Positions 22,967-34,107 of a stretch of DNA of 64,000 bases are shown here, one piece after another. Location of the stretch: the NCBI GenBank assembly GCA_947449765.1, contig CANFSP010000009.1:1266-65265 (forward strand). The letters run 5' to 3'. Position numbers and translations under genes: made by a program. Below the pieces are notes generated by a model. The model saw only the letters and a list, made by a program, of their open reading frames with translations, made no database searches and was not told the DNA's origin. Source of the stretch: Actinomycetota bacterium. Its GTDB lineage: Bacteria; Actinomycetota; Actinomycetes; Actinomycetales; Microbacteriaceae. How positions within the stretch are numbered: the first letter of the stretch is position 1; each line of letters starts with the position of its first letter.

Positions 22967-23859
22967 GCGCGTAACTCCTTGTGTAGACCCATTAAGTCTA
23001 CGACGAGTTTAACCGAGCGCTCGACTTCATCGTTAATGATGCGGACATCAAACTCATGAGATGCCGCGAGTTCCACCTCGGCGGTCGCAAGACGACGAGC
23101 CTGTTCCTCAGCCGTCTCTGTTCCCCGCGAAACCAGGCGACGAACGAGTTCCTCCCAGGACGGAGGTAAAACGAATACGAGCCGCGCGGTCGGCATGGCT
23201 GCTTTGATCTGACGAGCCCCTTGAATGTCGATTTCCAGCAGCACCGGATGACCCGATTCAAGTGCCGCTTCAACCGGTTTTCGTGGTGTCCCGTAACGGT
23301 GCGTCCCGTGAACCCGCGCCCACTCCAGCAGTTCGCCATCCTCAATCAGCCGATCAAATTCGCTGTCATCAACGAAAAAATAGTTGACGCCATTAACTTC
23401 GCCAGGACGAGGTGCTCGCGTGGTCGCGGAAACGGAAAGATGTACAGCTTCGTGTGTCCGAAGAATTTCTTGAGCAATGGTTCCTTTGCCGACTCCTGCC
23501 GGTCCCGCCAGAACAATGAGCTCAGCCTGACGCTCACTGTGATGGCGCGTGACAAAGGCATTTATAAATGACGCAAAGGCGACGCGCTGGTGCTTTCCAA
23601 GGCCGCCCAATCTTTTGCCGGCTGAAACGCCAAGGTCACTCAAAATAGCTTCTGACTTAGTGGCACCAATCGTGGGAAGACTCGTGATGAATTCACGAAC
23701 GCGAAGGCGACCCTCGTGTGTCGTGGAATCTGCGAAGGCAACCGCCACAACATCCACTGGTGATCGTCGTCCCGATGCGATGGAGTCTTTGATCTGAGCT
23801 CGCTGACGTCGCGCCTCAACTGCCGCACGGGATGCGGCGACGCGATCAACCTCTGGCAT
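22963..23859 (-). CDS. gmk: in-frame fusion of integration host factor mIHF (N-terminal ~105 aa) and guanylate kinase (C-terminal ~190 aa)
   Basis: The single 444-aa ORF in the track overlaps pyrF if the longest start is used. The ATG at 23859 (7 nt after the pyrF stop) gives [25 protein letters not shown]...[22 protein letters not shown] (mIHF-like). After an 11-aa linker comes [14 protein letters not shown]...[11 protein letters not shown]...(Gmk P-loop and GMP-binding motifs). No stop and no plausible internal start codon lie between the two parts. Confidence 0.8.
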   Translation of the reverse strand: MPEVDRVAASRAAVEARRQRAQIKDSIASGRRSPVDVVAVAFADSTTHEGRLRVREFITSLPTIGATKSEAILSDLGVSAGKRLGGLGKHQRVAFASFINAFVTRHHSERQAELIVLAGPAGVGKGTIAQEILRTHEAVHLSVSATTRAPRPGEVNGVNYFFVDDSEFDRLIEDGELLEWARVHGTHRYGTPRKPVEAALESGHPVLLEIDIQGARQIKAAMPTARLVFVLPPSWEELVRRLVSRGTETAEEQARRLATAEVELAASHEFDVRIINDEVERSVKLVVDLMGLHKELRA

Positions 23860-23866
23860 CACTTGT

Positions 23867-24709
23867 TTAGGCAAGTGCGTCAGCCGTTTCTCCACTCTCA
23901 CGTCGAATGGCTTCGAAAATGGCGTCCGGTCCGACACTGAGGATGCTTCGCGTCTGCGCAACGATGATGTTCTGAGCAAATGCTCCGAAGACGTGTTTAG
24001 CATCGCGCACCATGGCACCTTGAGCGCCAAAACCTGGAGCGAGGACGGGCAGAGGATACGCCGACGAGGTGTCGACCCCAAAACTTGTGAGGTCAAGGGT
24101 CGCACCCAGGACAACACCAAAGGAACCTGGATCCGTCGCGGAGACTGAGCGTCGTGAAACCTCGTCGATGATGTGACCGGCGATGGATTGACCAGACTCA
24201 TTCCGACCCCGTTGGATCTCGGCACCTTCTGGATTGGACGTGGCCGCGAGCACGAAAACGCCCTTGCCCGCGTCGTTCGCCAGCGAGAAGGTGCCATCGA
24301 GTGAACCGACTCCTAAATACGGGGAGACCGTAACCGCATCAGACTCGAGAGGCGATCCAGCGCCCAACCAGGTGGCGTTGTAGGCATCCATTGTCGTGCC
24401 GATGTCGCCACGTTTCGCATCGGCGATGACAATAATTCCTGCTGCACGGGCGCGACGAATGAGTTCTTCGAGAATCGAATACCCCGCGGAACCGTATCTC
24501 TCGTAAAAGGCCACCTGTGGCTTGATGATACCGACATGGTTTACGCAGGCGTCGAGGGTTCGGAATGAAAGTTCTCGGAGACCGCGCGAATCGTCATCCA
24601 GACCCCACGATTTCAGAAGAAAAGGATGCGGGTCTATCCCGACACAGAGGTGACCAAACTCCAAAAAGACTTGGGCCAAACGCGTGGCAAAACCTGCTGA
24701 CATCGTCAC
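23867..24709 (-). CDS. pyrF: orotidine 5'-phosphate decarboxylase (type 2)
   Basis: 280 aa with LCVGIDPHP and [13 protein letters not shown] motifs. It overlaps the carB stop by 4 nt. Confidence 0.93.
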   Translation of the reverse strand: MTMSAGFATRLAQVFLEFGHLCVGIDPHPFLLKSWGLDDDSRGLRELSFRTLDACVNHVGIIKPQVAFYERYGSAGYSILEELIRRARAAGIIVIADAKRGDIGTTMDAYNATWLGAGSPLESDAVTVSPYLGVGSLDGTFSLANDAGKGVFVLAATSNPEGAEIQRGRNESGQSIAGHIIDEVSRRSVSATDPGSFGVVLGATLDLTSFGVDTSSAYPLPVLAPGFGAQGAMVRDAKHVFGAFAQNIIVAQTRSILSVGPDAIFEAIRRESGETADALA

Positions 24710-27700
24710 GCGTTCACCCTCAGTTTTTCGGCCCGCTCGGTGGCGTACTCTTGCAGGCTTGTGACACTGAATCCGTCTCGACGAACATCGAGGCTCGCTA
24801 CCGCCGCCGAGACTTGAGCCATCGTGGTGAACAGTGGTTTGTCTGCGGAGATCGCCGCGGTTCTGATCTCAATACCATCGGCCGTGGCACTTCGTCCCGA
24901 CGGTGTATTGATCACGATGTCCACCTCACCCTTGTCGATCAGTTCAACAATCGTGGCTTGCCCCGTCTTGTCACTGACTTTAGAAACGACGCGCGCAGGA
25001 ATACCGTTGCGTTCCAAAACGCTGGCGGTTCCCGCCGTGGCGACGATTGAGAATCCCAGTTGAGTGAGGCGCAGAGCCGGAAGGACGATAGCTCGCTTGT
25101 CACGATCAGCAACCGAGACAAAAACCGATCCGCTCGTGGGCAGTCCCCCGTACGCTCCATCCTGACTTTTCGCGAATGCGAGCGGGAAGTTTCGGTCAAT
25201 GCCCATAACTTCACCGGTGGATCGCATCTCTGGACCGAGGATGGAGTCCACCACGACACCCGCGTGGGTTCGGAAGCGCTTGAAGGGAAGCACAGCTTCC
25301 TTCACCGAAATCGGCGATCCGGATTGGTAGATCGAACCGTCGATTTCTGGGAGCAGACCTTCACGCTTCAGCTCGTCGATTGACTCACCGAGCATGATTC
25401 GACTGGCTGCTTTAGCGAGAGGAATTCCCAGGGCTTTCGAGACAAAAGGCACGGTTCTACTTGCCCGAGGATTAGCTTCGAGCACATAGAGAACGCCAGC
25501 ACCTATCGCGAACTGCACATTGAGGAGTCCACGAACGCCAATGCCCTGGGCAATCGCCAGCGTCGCCTGGCGAACGCGGTCAACATCGGCAATCCCGAGC
25601 GTCACCGGAGGCAGGGTACACGCCGAGTCGCCCGAGTGAACTCCGGCCTCTTCGATGTGTTCCATCACGCCACCGACGTACAGCTCGTGACCGTCGAATA
25701 GCGCATCCACATCAATTTCAATGGCGTCATCGAGAAAACGGTCCACAAGCAATGGCTGACCCGGACCGATGATGGCCTGATCTGCCACTCGAACAAAGTA
25801 GTCTCTCAGCGATGCGGTGTCGAAGACAATTTCCATTCCGCGACCACCGAGAACATACGACGGCCTCACGAGAACGGGGTACCCAATTTCCTCGGCAACG
25901 GTGACTGCCGACTCGACATCGATTGCCGTGCCATTTCTCGGTGCGAGGAGGCCTGCAGCCTCAAGAATGCGACTAAATTCGCCACGTTCTTCGGCGAGGT
26001 CAATCGCCTCTGGTGACGTACCGAGGATGGGCACTCCCGCGGCTTTGAGTCCGTTAGCTAGGTTCAGCGCGGTCTGACCACCGAGTTGCACAATCACCCC
26101 GACAAGCTCACCGGATTGTGACTCAGCGTGAATGACCTCAAGCACGTCTTCCAAGGTCAGCGGCTCAAAGTAGAGCCGGTCACTCGTGTCGTAGTCTGTC
26201 GAGACCGTCTCGGGATTGCAGTTAATCATGATGGTCTCGTAGCCAACACCCGAAAGTGCGAATGAGGCGTGGACACACGAGTAGTCGAACTCAACACCCT
26301 GACCGATGCGATTAGGGCCGGAACCGAGAATGACCACCTTGCGCCTGGATGAGGCGGAAACTTCGGTCTCCTGGTCATAACTCGAGTAGTGGTAAGGCGT
26401 GAGTGCGGGAAACTCGCCGGCACATGTATCAACGGTTTTGAACACGGGGCGAATTCCCAGTGTGTGGCGTTGCTGACGCACCTCGGCCTCGTCGGCCCCG
26501 CGCAACTGCGCAATCTGCGCGTCAGAGAAACCGTGTTCCTTGGCAAGCAGAATGACATCCTGATCGAGATCGGGAGCCTGCGCAATCACATCAGCGACCT
26601 CATTGATGAGCACAATCTGATCGATAAACCAGGGATCAATCTTCGTCGCATCAAAAGCCTGCTGTGTCGTGGCGCCTTTGCGGAGAGCCTGCTGAAGGGT
26701 GACGATCCTGCCGTCCGTGGGGATCGCCGCAATCGCGAGCAGCTCGTCGAGAGATCGGGCTTCGTCACCCCAGTGAAAGCTACTTCCTCGCTTTTCAAGC
26801 GACCGAAGCGCTTTTTGCAGTGCCGTTGAGTAATTCCTCCCGATCGCCATCGCCTCGCCGACAGACTTCATGGTCGTGGTCAGCGTGGCATCGGCCGAGG
26901 GAAACTTTTCGAAGGCGAAACGTGGCACTTTCACGACGACGTAGTCCAGCGTTGGCTCGAAACTTGCTGGCGTCACACGGGTAATGTCATTGGGAATCTC
27001 GTCCAGGCGATAACCGACCGCAAGCTTGGCGGCAATTTTCGCAATCGGAAACCCGGTGGCCTTTGAAGCCAGCGCAGAAGAGCGGGAAACACGAGGGTTC
27101 ATCTCAATGACAATGACTCGTCCATCAGCCGGGTCCACGGCGAACTGAATGTTGCACCCGCCGGTGTCAACACCGACAGCGCGAATAATCTCAATCCCAA
27201 TGTCTCGCAAATTCTGATACTCGCGGTCGGTGAGCGTCAATGCTGGCGCTACGGTAATCGAATCTCCCGTGTGCACACCGACCGGATCCACGTTTTCAAT
27301 GGAACAAATCACCACAGTGTTATCCGCGGTGTCGCGCATCAGCTCGAGTTCATATTCCTTCCACCCGAGGATGCTCTCCTCAAGCAACACCTCACTCGTC
27401 GGACTCGACGAGATGCCATCCCCCGCGATTCGAATGAGATCTGCTTCGTTGTAGGCGAATCCCGAACCAAGTCCACCCATCGTGAACGAGGGTCGAACCA
27501 CCAACGGATAACCCAGATCCTGCGCGTACTCCAGAGCTTCCTCAACCGTGTGCGCGATGTGCGAACGCGCAACGTCGGCTCCTGCGGCGATCACCAGATC
27601 CTTGAATAGCTGTCGATCCTCACCCTTGCGAATGGCCTCCACCTTGGCACCAATCAACTCCACGTCGTACCGTGCGAGAACCCCATTTTCATGGAGTGCC

Positions 27701-27999
27701 ATGGCGGCGTTGAGCGCGGTCTGCCCGCCGAGTGTCGGCAAAATGGCATCAGGTTTTTCTTTGGCGATAATCGATTCGATTACCTCAGGGGTGATTGGCT
27801 CGACATAGGTGGCATCTGCGAAATCCGGGTCGGTCATGATGGTCGCCGGATTGGAGTTGACCAAAATCACCCGGATTCCCTCTTCGCGAAGGACTCGACA
27901 TGCCTGCGTTCCCGAGTAATCGAACTCGCAGGCCTGACCGATGACGATCGGGCCGGAACCGATAACGAGGACAGACTGAATATCAGGGCGACGAGGCAT
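24706..27999 (-). CDS. carB: carbamoyl-phosphate synthase large subunit
   Basis: 1097 aa with duplicated ATP-grasp halves and a C-terminal MGS-like domain. N-terminus [30 protein letters not shown]. Confidence 0.98.
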   Translation of the reverse strand: MPRRPDIQSVLVIGSGPIVIGQACEFDYSGTQACRVLREEGIRVILVNSNPATIMTDPDFADATYVEPITPEVIESIIAKEKPDAILPTLGGQTALNAAMALHENGVLARYDVELIGAKVEAIRKGEDRQLFKDLVIAAGADVARSHIAHTVEEALEYAQDLGYPLVVRPSFTMGGLGSGFAYNEADLIRIAGDGISSSPTSEVLLEESILGWKEYELELMRDTADNTVVICSIENVDPVGVHTGDSITVAPALTLTDREYQNLRDIGIEIIRAVGVDTGGCNIQFAVDPADGRVIVIEMNPRVSRSSALASKATGFPIAKIAAKLAVGYRLDEIPNDITRVTPASFEPTLDYVVVKVPRFAFEKFPSADATLTTTMKSVGEAMAIGRNYSTALQKALRSLEKRGSSFHWGDEARSLDELLAIAAIPTDGRIVTLQQALRKGATTQQAFDATKIDPWFIDQIVLINEVADVIAQAPDLDQDVILLAKEHGFSDAQIAQLRGADEAEVRQQRHTLGIRPVFKTVDTCAGEFPALTPYHYSSYDQETEVSASSRRKVVILGSGPNRIGQGVEFDYSCVHASFALSGVGYETIMINCNPETVSTDYDTSDRLYFEPLTLEDVLEVIHAESQSGELVGVIVQLGGQTALNLANGLKAAGVPILGTSPEAIDLAEERGEFSRILEAAGLLAPRNGTAIDVESAVTVAEEIGYPVLVRPSYVLGGRGMEIVFDTASLRDYFVRVADQAIIGPGQPLLVDRFLDDAIEIDVDALFDGHELYVGGVMEHIEEAGVHSGDSACTLPPVTLGIADVDRVRQATLAIAQGIGVRGLLNVQFAIGAGVLYVLEANPRASRTVPFVSKALGIPLAKAASRIMLGESIDELKREGLLPEIDGSIYQSGSPISVKEAVLPFKRFRTHAGVVVDSILGPEMRSTGEVMGIDRNFPLAFAKSQDGAYGGLPTSGSVFVSVADRDKRAIVLPALRLTQLGFSIVATAGTASVLERNGIPARVVSKVSDKTGQATIVELIDKGEVDIVINTPSGRSATADGIEIRTAAISADKPLFTTMAQVSAAVASLDVRRDGFSVTSLQEYATERAEKLRVNA

Positions 28000-29150
28000 T
28001 AGTGGTTTTCTCCTGGCTGTTGCGACGAGATGACCATGTCGCGGAATCGGTCGAAAAGGTAATTTGAGTCACGCGGACCTGCCGCCGCTTCGGGGTGATA
28101 CTGAACTGAGAACGCGTTCAGATCGAGACAGCGCAATCCTTCAACCACTTGGTCGTTCAGGCTGAAGTGGCTCACCTCAACCCGACCAAAACCCGCGGGC
28201 GAGTCGATGATGCCGTCAATCGGTGCGTCAACGGCAAATCCGTGATTCTGACTCGTTATTTCCACCCGCCCGGTCGCTTTGTCGAGAACCGGTTGGTTGA
28301 TTCCACGGTGACCGAATGGCAATTTGTACGTGGAGAATCCGAGGGCGCGACCGAGAAGCTGATTACCGAAGCAGATGCCGAAAAAGGGGACACCCGCCCT
28401 GAGGACCTCACGTAGCAACTCGACGTGACGGTCACTGGCAGACGGGTCTCCGGGGCCATTGCTAAAGAAGAGCGCAGCTGGAGCGAGTTCCAAAACCTGC
28501 TCTGCCGTCACCGTCTGAGGTAAAACGTGCGCGTCGAATCCTCGCTCAGCGATGTAATTCACCGTGGATTTTTTGACACCTAAATCGAGGATGGCGACGG
28601 TGCCGAGGGATTCACCTATCGCGGGAACCACGTACGCCTGTGCGGTCGACACTTCGGATGACAGGTTGAGGCCACTCATCTGCCGGCCGGCGCGCACTCG
28701 CTCAAGCTGTGCGGCATCATCGCTCGTGGCGTCGGCACCGGAGAAAATTCCCGCGCGCATGGCGCCCTTGTCGCGGATGTGGCGCGTCACCGCACGGGTA
28801 TCGATGCCCGAGATTCCGACGATACCCTCGCTCTCCAAATCGTCGTCAAGACTTCGCTGCGCCCGAAAATTCGAGACGACGCGCGACGGGTCGCGAACGA
28901 CGAAGCCAGCGACCCAGATTTTGCGTGATTCCATGTCTAGGTCGTTTGCCCCGGTATTCCCAATGTGCGGGGCCGTCATCAGCACAATTTGTCCCGCATA
29001 CGACGGATCGGTAAGGGTCTCCTGATAACCGGTCATTCCGGTCGCGAAAACGATTTCGCCAAACGTCGCGCCGCGCGTACCGTAGGCGTAGCCGTCGTAG
29101 CGTTGGCCGTCCTCGAGGACGAGAACAGCTTTCTCTCGGTTGAGTTTCAC
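27999..29150 (-). CDS. carA: carbamoyl-phosphate synthase small (glutaminase) subunit
   Basis: 383 aa with the GATase motif [10 protein letters not shown] and a 1-nt overlap with carB. Confidence 0.96.
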   Translation of the reverse strand: MKLNREKAVLVLEDGQRYDGYAYGTRGATFGEIVFATGMTGYQETLTDPSYAGQIVLMTAPHIGNTGANDLDMESRKIWVAGFVVRDPSRVVSNFRAQRSLDDDLESEGIVGISGIDTRAVTRHIRDKGAMRAGIFSGADATSDDAAQLERVRAGRQMSGLNLSSEVSTAQAYVVPAIGESLGTVAILDLGVKKSTVNYIAERGFDAHVLPQTVTAEQVLELAPAALFFSNGPGDPSASDRHVELLREVLRAGVPFFGICFGNQLLGRALGFSTYKLPFGHRGINQPVLDKATGRVEITSQNHGFAVDAPIDGIIDSPAGFGRVEVSHFSLNDQVVEGLRCLDLNAFSVQYHPEAAAGPRDSNYLFDRFRDMVISSQQPGENH

Positions 29151-29174
29151 AAAGTTCCTTTTTCGTGGGTTGCG

Positions 29175-29693
29175 TTATTGCGGGTGTGACGAAGACGTGG
29201 GAATTGAACGAAGTGCCTGCATTGACTCGTTGAATGAGCCAAGATCGCTCGGCCGGACCAACCGAAGGTGTGTGGCAAGCTCGACTACGGATTCGCTCCG
29301 CGTCGTCGTTTCCCACACGATGGTTTGCAAACCGTCTTTCTCGACAACTTTGTCTATGACGGTCGTCGTGCGCATTGACCCACGGAACTGGTGGGCCGGG
29401 ATGCACAGCCGCTCCCCCGAAAGCAACTCACACACAACGGCGTCCTTGTCGATGACGACGGTTCCATACCCACGAAAGGCAAATCCTGGCAGGTTTACTC
29501 GCTCCAAGAAATTATCGGCACGCGTGGTAGCCACGTAGAAGACCGCGTATTCGCGGGCGTCAGGAGATGACGCGACTGAAAACATAACGATTGACCCTGC
29601 CCTTTGTGACCGAGCACGCCAGCCCCACAGCATGAGTCCAAAAATAATCGCCACGATGAGGACGCTAATCAGAGCGCCAATTGCCTTATCCAT
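29175..29693 (-). CDS. conserved membrane-anchored protein of the actinobacterial pyr operon (unknown function)
   Basis: 172 aa with one N-terminal TM helix (IGALISVLIVAIIFGLMLWGW) and then a soluble beta-rich domain. It sits between pyrC and carA, where M. tuberculosis has Rv1382. Confidence 0.6.
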   Translation of the reverse strand: MDKAIGALISVLIVAIIFGLMLWGWRARSQRAGSIVMFSVASSPDAREYAVFYVATTRADNFLERVNLPGFAFRGYGTVVIDKDAVVCELLSGERLCIPAHQFRGSMRTTTVIDKVVEKDGLQTIVWETTTRSESVVELATHLRLVRPSDLGSFNESMQALRSIPTSSSHPQ

Positions 29694-29698
29694 GATGG

Positions 29699-31057
29699 TT
29701 AGTCCTTTGCCACAGTCTGTGTACTAGAGAGATGCCCGTACTTCTGAGCATCAGCGGCGACGAGAGCTTCATCGCGAAGGTTCCCATCGTGAAAAGTGAA
29801 GTAGCCGTGTCTCATGGTGTGAATGACTCGACCGGGCAACTCAATTCCCGCGTATGGCGTGTTGAGTGATCGTCCACTGAGGTCCGAGGTGCTCCACACG
29901 CGACTCGCGTGTGGGTCGAAGATCACGAGGTCTGCGACGGCACCCTCTCCAAGCGAACCAGCCGAAGACGCCTTCCCGATTTCAGCAGGTGAGGAACTCA
30001 GCACCCGTGCCACCGCTGACCAGTCCAGCATCCCCGTTTGCACGAGGGTCTTGTTGACGATAGGGAGTGCGCTTTCGAGCCCAACCATCCCAAAAGCGGC
30101 GCTGTCCCACTCGCAATCTTTGGTGTCGATGGGATGGGGCGCGTGGTCTGTCGCAACAATGTCAATCGTGCCATCTGCGACGGCACGTCGCAGAGCGATG
30201 ACGTCTTCTTCTGTACGAAGAGGCGGATTGACTTTGAAACGTGCGTCATACCCGAGCGCGAACTCTTCAGTCAAGAGTAAATGGTGTGGTGTCACCTCGG
30301 CGGTCACGCACACGCCTCTCGCTTTGGCGGCCCGGACAATCTCAACCGAACCCCGAGTAGACACGTGACAAATGTGCAGGCGAGCACCCAGATACTCGGC
30401 GAGCAAGACATCGCGCGCGATAATGCTCTCTTCGGCAACAGCGGGCCAGCCGGTCAAACCCAATCGCGCAGAAACCTCGCCTTCGTTCATTTGCGCGTCG
30501 ACCGTCAAACGCGGATCCTGCGCGTGTTGCGCGAGAACACCGTCAAAAGTCGCCACGTATTCGAGGGCTCTGCGCATGAGGAGCGAATCGTGTACGCATT
30601 TACCATCGTCACTAAAGACACGAACGTGGGCTCGAGATGCCGCCATACCGCCGATGTCAGCCAATCGCTCACCAGCTAACCCTTCGGTGACCGCCCCGAT
30701 TGGATGCACGGTCGCGTATCCGGCTTCCTCACCCAGACGCGCAACCTGCTCTACGACTCCGGCGTTGTCTGCCACAGGATTCGTGTTGGCCATCGCAAAC
30801 ACCGTGGTGAACCCGCCAGCCGCGGCAGCTTGCGTTCCGGTCAGAACCGTTTCGCTCTGTTCAAAACCGGGTTCGCGGAGGTGCGTGTGCAGGTCGACTA
30901 AGCCAGGCAACATTATGTTCCCCGCGACATCAACGACTTCGACTGCCTCACAGTCAGCCGGCGCACCTCGCCGCGCAATGCGACCATTTTCGACGAGAAC
31001 ATTTTCCGAGTCAGCGCCGAGGACACGCGCGTTGAGAAAGAGAGTAGAAGTCGTCAT
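29699..31057 (-). CDS. pyrC: dihydroorotase
   Basis: The track ORF (548 aa) runs back into pyrB. The ATG at 31057 forms an ATGA overlap with the pyrB stop and gives [14 protein letters not shown].... Metal-binding [10 protein letters not shown] is present. Confidence 0.93.
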   Translation of the reverse strand: MTTSTLFLNARVLGADSENVLVENGRIARRGAPADCEAVEVVDVAGNIMLPGLVDLHTHLREPGFEQSETVLTGTQAAAAGGFTTVFAMANTNPVADNAGVVEQVARLGEEAGYATVHPIGAVTEGLAGERLADIGGMAASRAHVRVFSDDGKCVHDSLLMRRALEYVATFDGVLAQHAQDPRLTVDAQMNEGEVSARLGLTGWPAVAEESIIARDVLLAEYLGARLHICHVSTRGSVEIVRAAKARGVCVTAEVTPHHLLLTEEFALGYDARFKVNPPLRTEEDVIALRRAVADGTIDIVATDHAPHPIDTKDCEWDSAAFGMVGLESALPIVNKTLVQTGMLDWSAVARVLSSSPAEIGKASSAGSLGEGAVADLVIFDPHASRVWSTSDLSGRSLNTPYAGIELPGRVIHTMRHGYFTFHDGNLRDEALVAADAQKYGHLSSTQTVAKD

Positions 31058-32007
31058 GCGAGCTGACCTTTCGCGCCAGTGAGGAGGGAGTAGAGAACGG
31101 ACATCCTCACAAACACCCCGTTTGAAACCTGCTCCAAGATAAGCGACTGCGGGGAATCCGCTGCCTCGCTCGAAATTTCTAGTCCTCGATTCATCGGGCC
31201 GGGGTGCATGATGATCGTTTCGGAGTTCAGGCGTCGGTATCGCTGTGCGGTGAGACCCCAAAAGCGGCCGTACTCTCGCGCGTTCGGAAAGTACGCGTGT
31301 GTCATCCGCTCTGCTTGGATGCGCAACATCATGACCACATCGCAACCCGAGGCAAGAGCGTCATCGAGACTGTGCCACACCCGAACCGGCCAGGCTCCGA
31401 TTGAGTGCGGCAGAAGTGTGATTGGCGCGACGATGTCAACGCTTGCGCCGAGCGTAGAGAGCAACCAAATATTGGACCTAGCAACTCGCGAGTGCAGAAT
31501 ATCTCCGACGATGCAGACTCTGACTCCCGAAAGGTCTTTTCCTCGGGAATCCTCTCCATAGATTTTTTTGCGCATCGTGAAGGCATCAAGCAGTGCCTGA
31601 GTGGGGTGCTCATGAGTACCGTCACCCGCATTGATGACAGGAACATCGATCCATCCGCTGTGAGCGAGGAGATGTGGCGCGCCGCTCGAACCGTGTCTGA
31701 TAACAACAGCGTCGATTCCCATGGCGTCGAGAGTCTGAGCGGTGTCCTTGAGGCTCTCCCCTTTTGATACGCTCGAGCCCTTTGCGCTGAAATTGATCAC
31801 GTCGGCGGAAAGCCGTTTTTCCGCGGCCTCAAAAGATGTGCGCGTTCGGGTGGAATCCTCGTAGAAGAGATTGACGACAGCTTTGCCTCTCAGCGCTGGA
31901 AGTTTCTTCACATCTCGATGCCCAAAGGATGCCATGTCCTCAGCGATATCGAGAATGGAGATTGCGTTGTCACGATCGAGGTCATGGGTGCTCAGCAGGT
32001 GTCTCAC
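31054..32007 (-). CDS. pyrB: aspartate carbamoyltransferase catalytic subunit
   Basis: 317 aa with STRTRTSFE and HPTQALLD motifs. Confidence 0.96.
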   Translation of the reverse strand: MRHLLSTHDLDRDNAISILDIAEDMASFGHRDVKKLPALRGKAVVNLFYEDSTRTRTSFEAAEKRLSADVINFSAKGSSVSKGESLKDTAQTLDAMGIDAVVIRHGSSGAPHLLAHSGWIDVPVINAGDGTHEHPTQALLDAFTMRKKIYGEDSRGKDLSGVRVCIVGDILHSRVARSNIWLLSTLGASVDIVAPITLLPHSIGAWPVRVWHSLDDALASGCDVVMMLRIQAERMTHAYFPNAREYGRFWGLTAQRYRRLNSETIIMHPGPMNRGLEISSEAADSPQSLILEQVSNGVFVRMSVLYSLLTGAKGQLA

Positions 32008-32543
32008 GCGTCACCTCCGCTCGTGACCGAGACAACGTCGTCGCCATCAATCTCGGACAGACGAACATTCACTCGTTCTCCTCGAGCGCTGGGAACGTTT
32101 TTACCCACATAGTCCGCACGGATGGGCAGCTCACGATGACCGCGATCAACGAGCACCGCGAGGCGGACGATTGCCGGACGCCCGACATCAGTGAGGGCAT
32201 CCAGCGCGGCTCGCACGGTGCGCCCAGAGTAGAGAACGTCGTCCACAAGCACAACCGTCTTGCCATCGATATCGACGGGTACCTGAGTCAGTGCGGATTC
32301 GCGCATCGGGTTGCTCATCAAATCATCTCGATACATCGTGACGTCCAGCGAGCCCACCGGAATCTGAGTATCGCCGTCGATACGTTCGAGAATCCCCGCA
32401 ATTCGCCGTGCCAAATGAACGCCTCGAGTGGGAATACCGAGCAGAACCAAATTCGAGGAACCTTTGTTGCCCTCAAGAATTTCATGAGCGATACGGGTCA
32501 ATGCACGCGTAACGTCATCCGACTGCAAAAGCGTTGCAGACAT
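32004..32543 (-). CDS. pyrR: bifunctional pyrimidine operon regulator / uracil phosphoribosyltransferase
   Basis: 179 aa with the PRPP-binding motif [13 protein letters not shown]. It is the first gene of the pyr cluster. Confidence 0.94.
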   Translation of the reverse strand: MSATLLQSDDVTRALTRIAHEILEGNKGSSNLVLLGIPTRGVHLARRIAGILERIDGDTQIPVGSLDVTMYRDDLMSNPMRESALTQVPVDIDGKTVVLVDDVLYSGRTVRAALDALTDVGRPAIVRLAVLVDRGHRELPIRADYVGKNVPSARGERVNVRLSEIDGDDVVSVTSGGDA

Positions 32544-32552
32544 CTGACCCCC

Positions 32553-32577
32553 CTTTCCCGCCTCTCTGGACGGACTT
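32553..32577 (-). promoter_or_regulatory. PyrR-binding RNA motif in the pyrR 5' leader
   Basis: The minus-strand RNA reads GUCCGUCCAGAGAGGCGGGAAAGGGGGGUCAG-AUG. UCCAGAGAGGC matches the conserved PyrR binding-loop core (ARUCCAGAGAGGYU) and lies directly against the G-rich Shine-Dalgarno sequence. Confidence 0.6.
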
Positions 32578-32603
32578 AAAGGTTGCCGAATAATTACTTT
32601 AGG

Positions 32604-33014
32604 TTAGCAGGACTGCGCCACCGACGCGAGCAGGCCGTTCACGAACTTAGGCGAATCCTCGGATCCTAGGTCGGTAGCAAGCGAAACGGCTTCTGAGATG
32701 ACCGCCGGAGCTGGCACGTCACTGTTGTACATCAATTCCCATACTGCGACGCGCAGGATTGCACGATCCACGGCGGGCATGCGCTCGAGGGTCCAGCCCC
32801 GCGCATACGTCTGAATCGCCTCATCGATTTCAACGCTGTGATCAACGAAGCCATCAACAATTTCTCGTGCGTACAGCCACGAGGATGCCCGGTCGGGTTC
32901 GCCTATCGCGCGCGCTGCCTCATCAGCCAGAACATCCGCAACAGGCACTCCGCGCAAGTCTGCGGCGAAGAGGATATCAAGAGCGCGCTTACGTGCTTTG
33001 GCTCGAGCGCTCAC
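32604..33014 (-). CDS. nusB: transcription antitermination factor NusB
   Basis: 136 aa helical protein starting ARKRALDILFAADLRG. 1-nt overlap with the efp stop. Confidence 0.92.
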   Translation of the reverse strand: MSARAKARKRALDILFAADLRGVPVADVLADEAARAIGEPDRASSWLYAREIVDGFVDHSVEIDEAIQTYARGWTLERMPAVDRAILRVAVWELMYNSDVPAPAVISEAVSLATDLGSEDSPKFVNGLLASVAQSC

Positions 33015-33577
33015 TAGTCGTTAACGCGACCGAGGTATTCACCGGTACGAGTGTCTACCTTGACTTTGGTGCCCGACTCAAGAAAAAGCGGAACCTGAAT
33101 CTCATAACCGGTCTCCAAAGTTCCCGGTTTGGTGCCACCGGTAGAGCGGTCCCCTTGCAGTCCCGGCTCCGTGTAGGACAACTCGAGAACGACCGACGTC
33201 GGGAGTTCTATGTACAGCGGATTTCCATCGTTCAACGCAATCTGGACATCCTGATTTTCCAGGAGGAAGTTCTTCGCGTCACCCACGACCGCGTCGGAAA
33301 CATTGATTTGCTCGTATGTGTCTTTGTCCATGAACACAAACTCAGCCCCATCGTTGTACAGGTACTGAAAATCGCGTCGATCAACATTGGCCGTTTCGAT
33401 CTTCGTGCCGGCGTTGTAGGTCTTGTCGACAACTTTTCCGGTGAGGACGTTCTTCATCTTGGTACGAACGAAGGCGCCACCTTTACCGGGCTTCACGTGC
33501 TGGAATTCGATGATGGTCCACAGTGCTCCATCGATTCGGAGGACGACGCCATTCTTTATGTCTGCGGTAGTTGCCAT
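33014..33577 (-). CDS. efp: elongation factor P
   Basis: 187 aa with the [15 protein letters not shown] loop. Confidence 0.97.
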   Translation of the reverse strand: MATTADIKNGVVLRIDGALWTIIEFQHVKPGKGGAFVRTKMKNVLTGKVVDKTYNAGTKIETANVDRRDFQYLYNDGAEFVFMDKDTYEQINVSDAVVGDAKNFLLENQDVQIALNDGNPLYIELPTSVVLELSYTEPGLQGDRSTGGTKPGTLETGYEIQVPLFLESGTKVKVDTRTGEYLGRVND

Positions 33578-33602
33578 GGTGGACTTTCTCTTCTCAAACG
33601 AA

Positions 33603-33621
33603 GATGCGCACGAAGCGCATC
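33603..33621 (-). terminator. hairpin after aroQ (candidate intrinsic terminator)
   Basis: On the minus strand: GATGCGC-TTCGT-GCGCATC followed by TTCGTTTG. It lies between the aroQ stop and the efp start. Confidence 0.45.
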
Positions 33622-33663
33622 CCGCTTATTTTATCGGGAATGTTGGTCGGCGAAGGTTCGAGG

Positions 33664-34098
33664 CTAACGGTCACGCAGAATCTGCGCGAGGGCAAGAGAA
33701 TAGGAATCGATTCCAAATCCCGCAATGACGCCCGTGGCTACAGCCGATATCACGCTCGTGTGCCGAAACTGTTCCCGAGCGTGCGGGTTTGAAATGTGAA
33801 CTTCGATGAGAACCAGGCCAGACTTTGTCACCTGCGCCACAGCGTCACGAAGTGCGTAGCTGTAGTGGGTAAACGCCGCAGGGTTGAGAATAACGGCCGA
33901 CTCCGTGTCGATTGCCTCAAACAACCAGGACATCAGCTCCGGTTCAGAATCGCTCTGTCGCACATCAATCTCGACGTGGCCACCCTGCTCCCTCAGTCTC
34001 GAGGCAACATCCTCAAGAGTGAACGAGCCGTAGACATCGGGCTCGCGCGTTCCCAGGCGGCCGAGGTTCGGACCATTGAGGACGAGGACTCGATTCAT
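33664..34098 (-). CDS. aroQ: type II 3-dehydroquinate dehydratase
   Basis: 144 aa with VLNGPNLGRLGTREP at the N-terminus and an HISN motif. Confidence 0.95.
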   Translation of the reverse strand: MNRVLVLNGPNLGRLGTREPDVYGSFTLEDVASRLREQGGHVEIDVRQSDSEPELMSWLFEAIDTESAVILNPAAFTHYSYALRDAVAQVTKSGLVLIEVHISNPHAREQFRHTSVISAVATGVIAGFGIDSYSLALAQILRDR

Positions 34099-34107
34099 GG
34101 AACAAGT

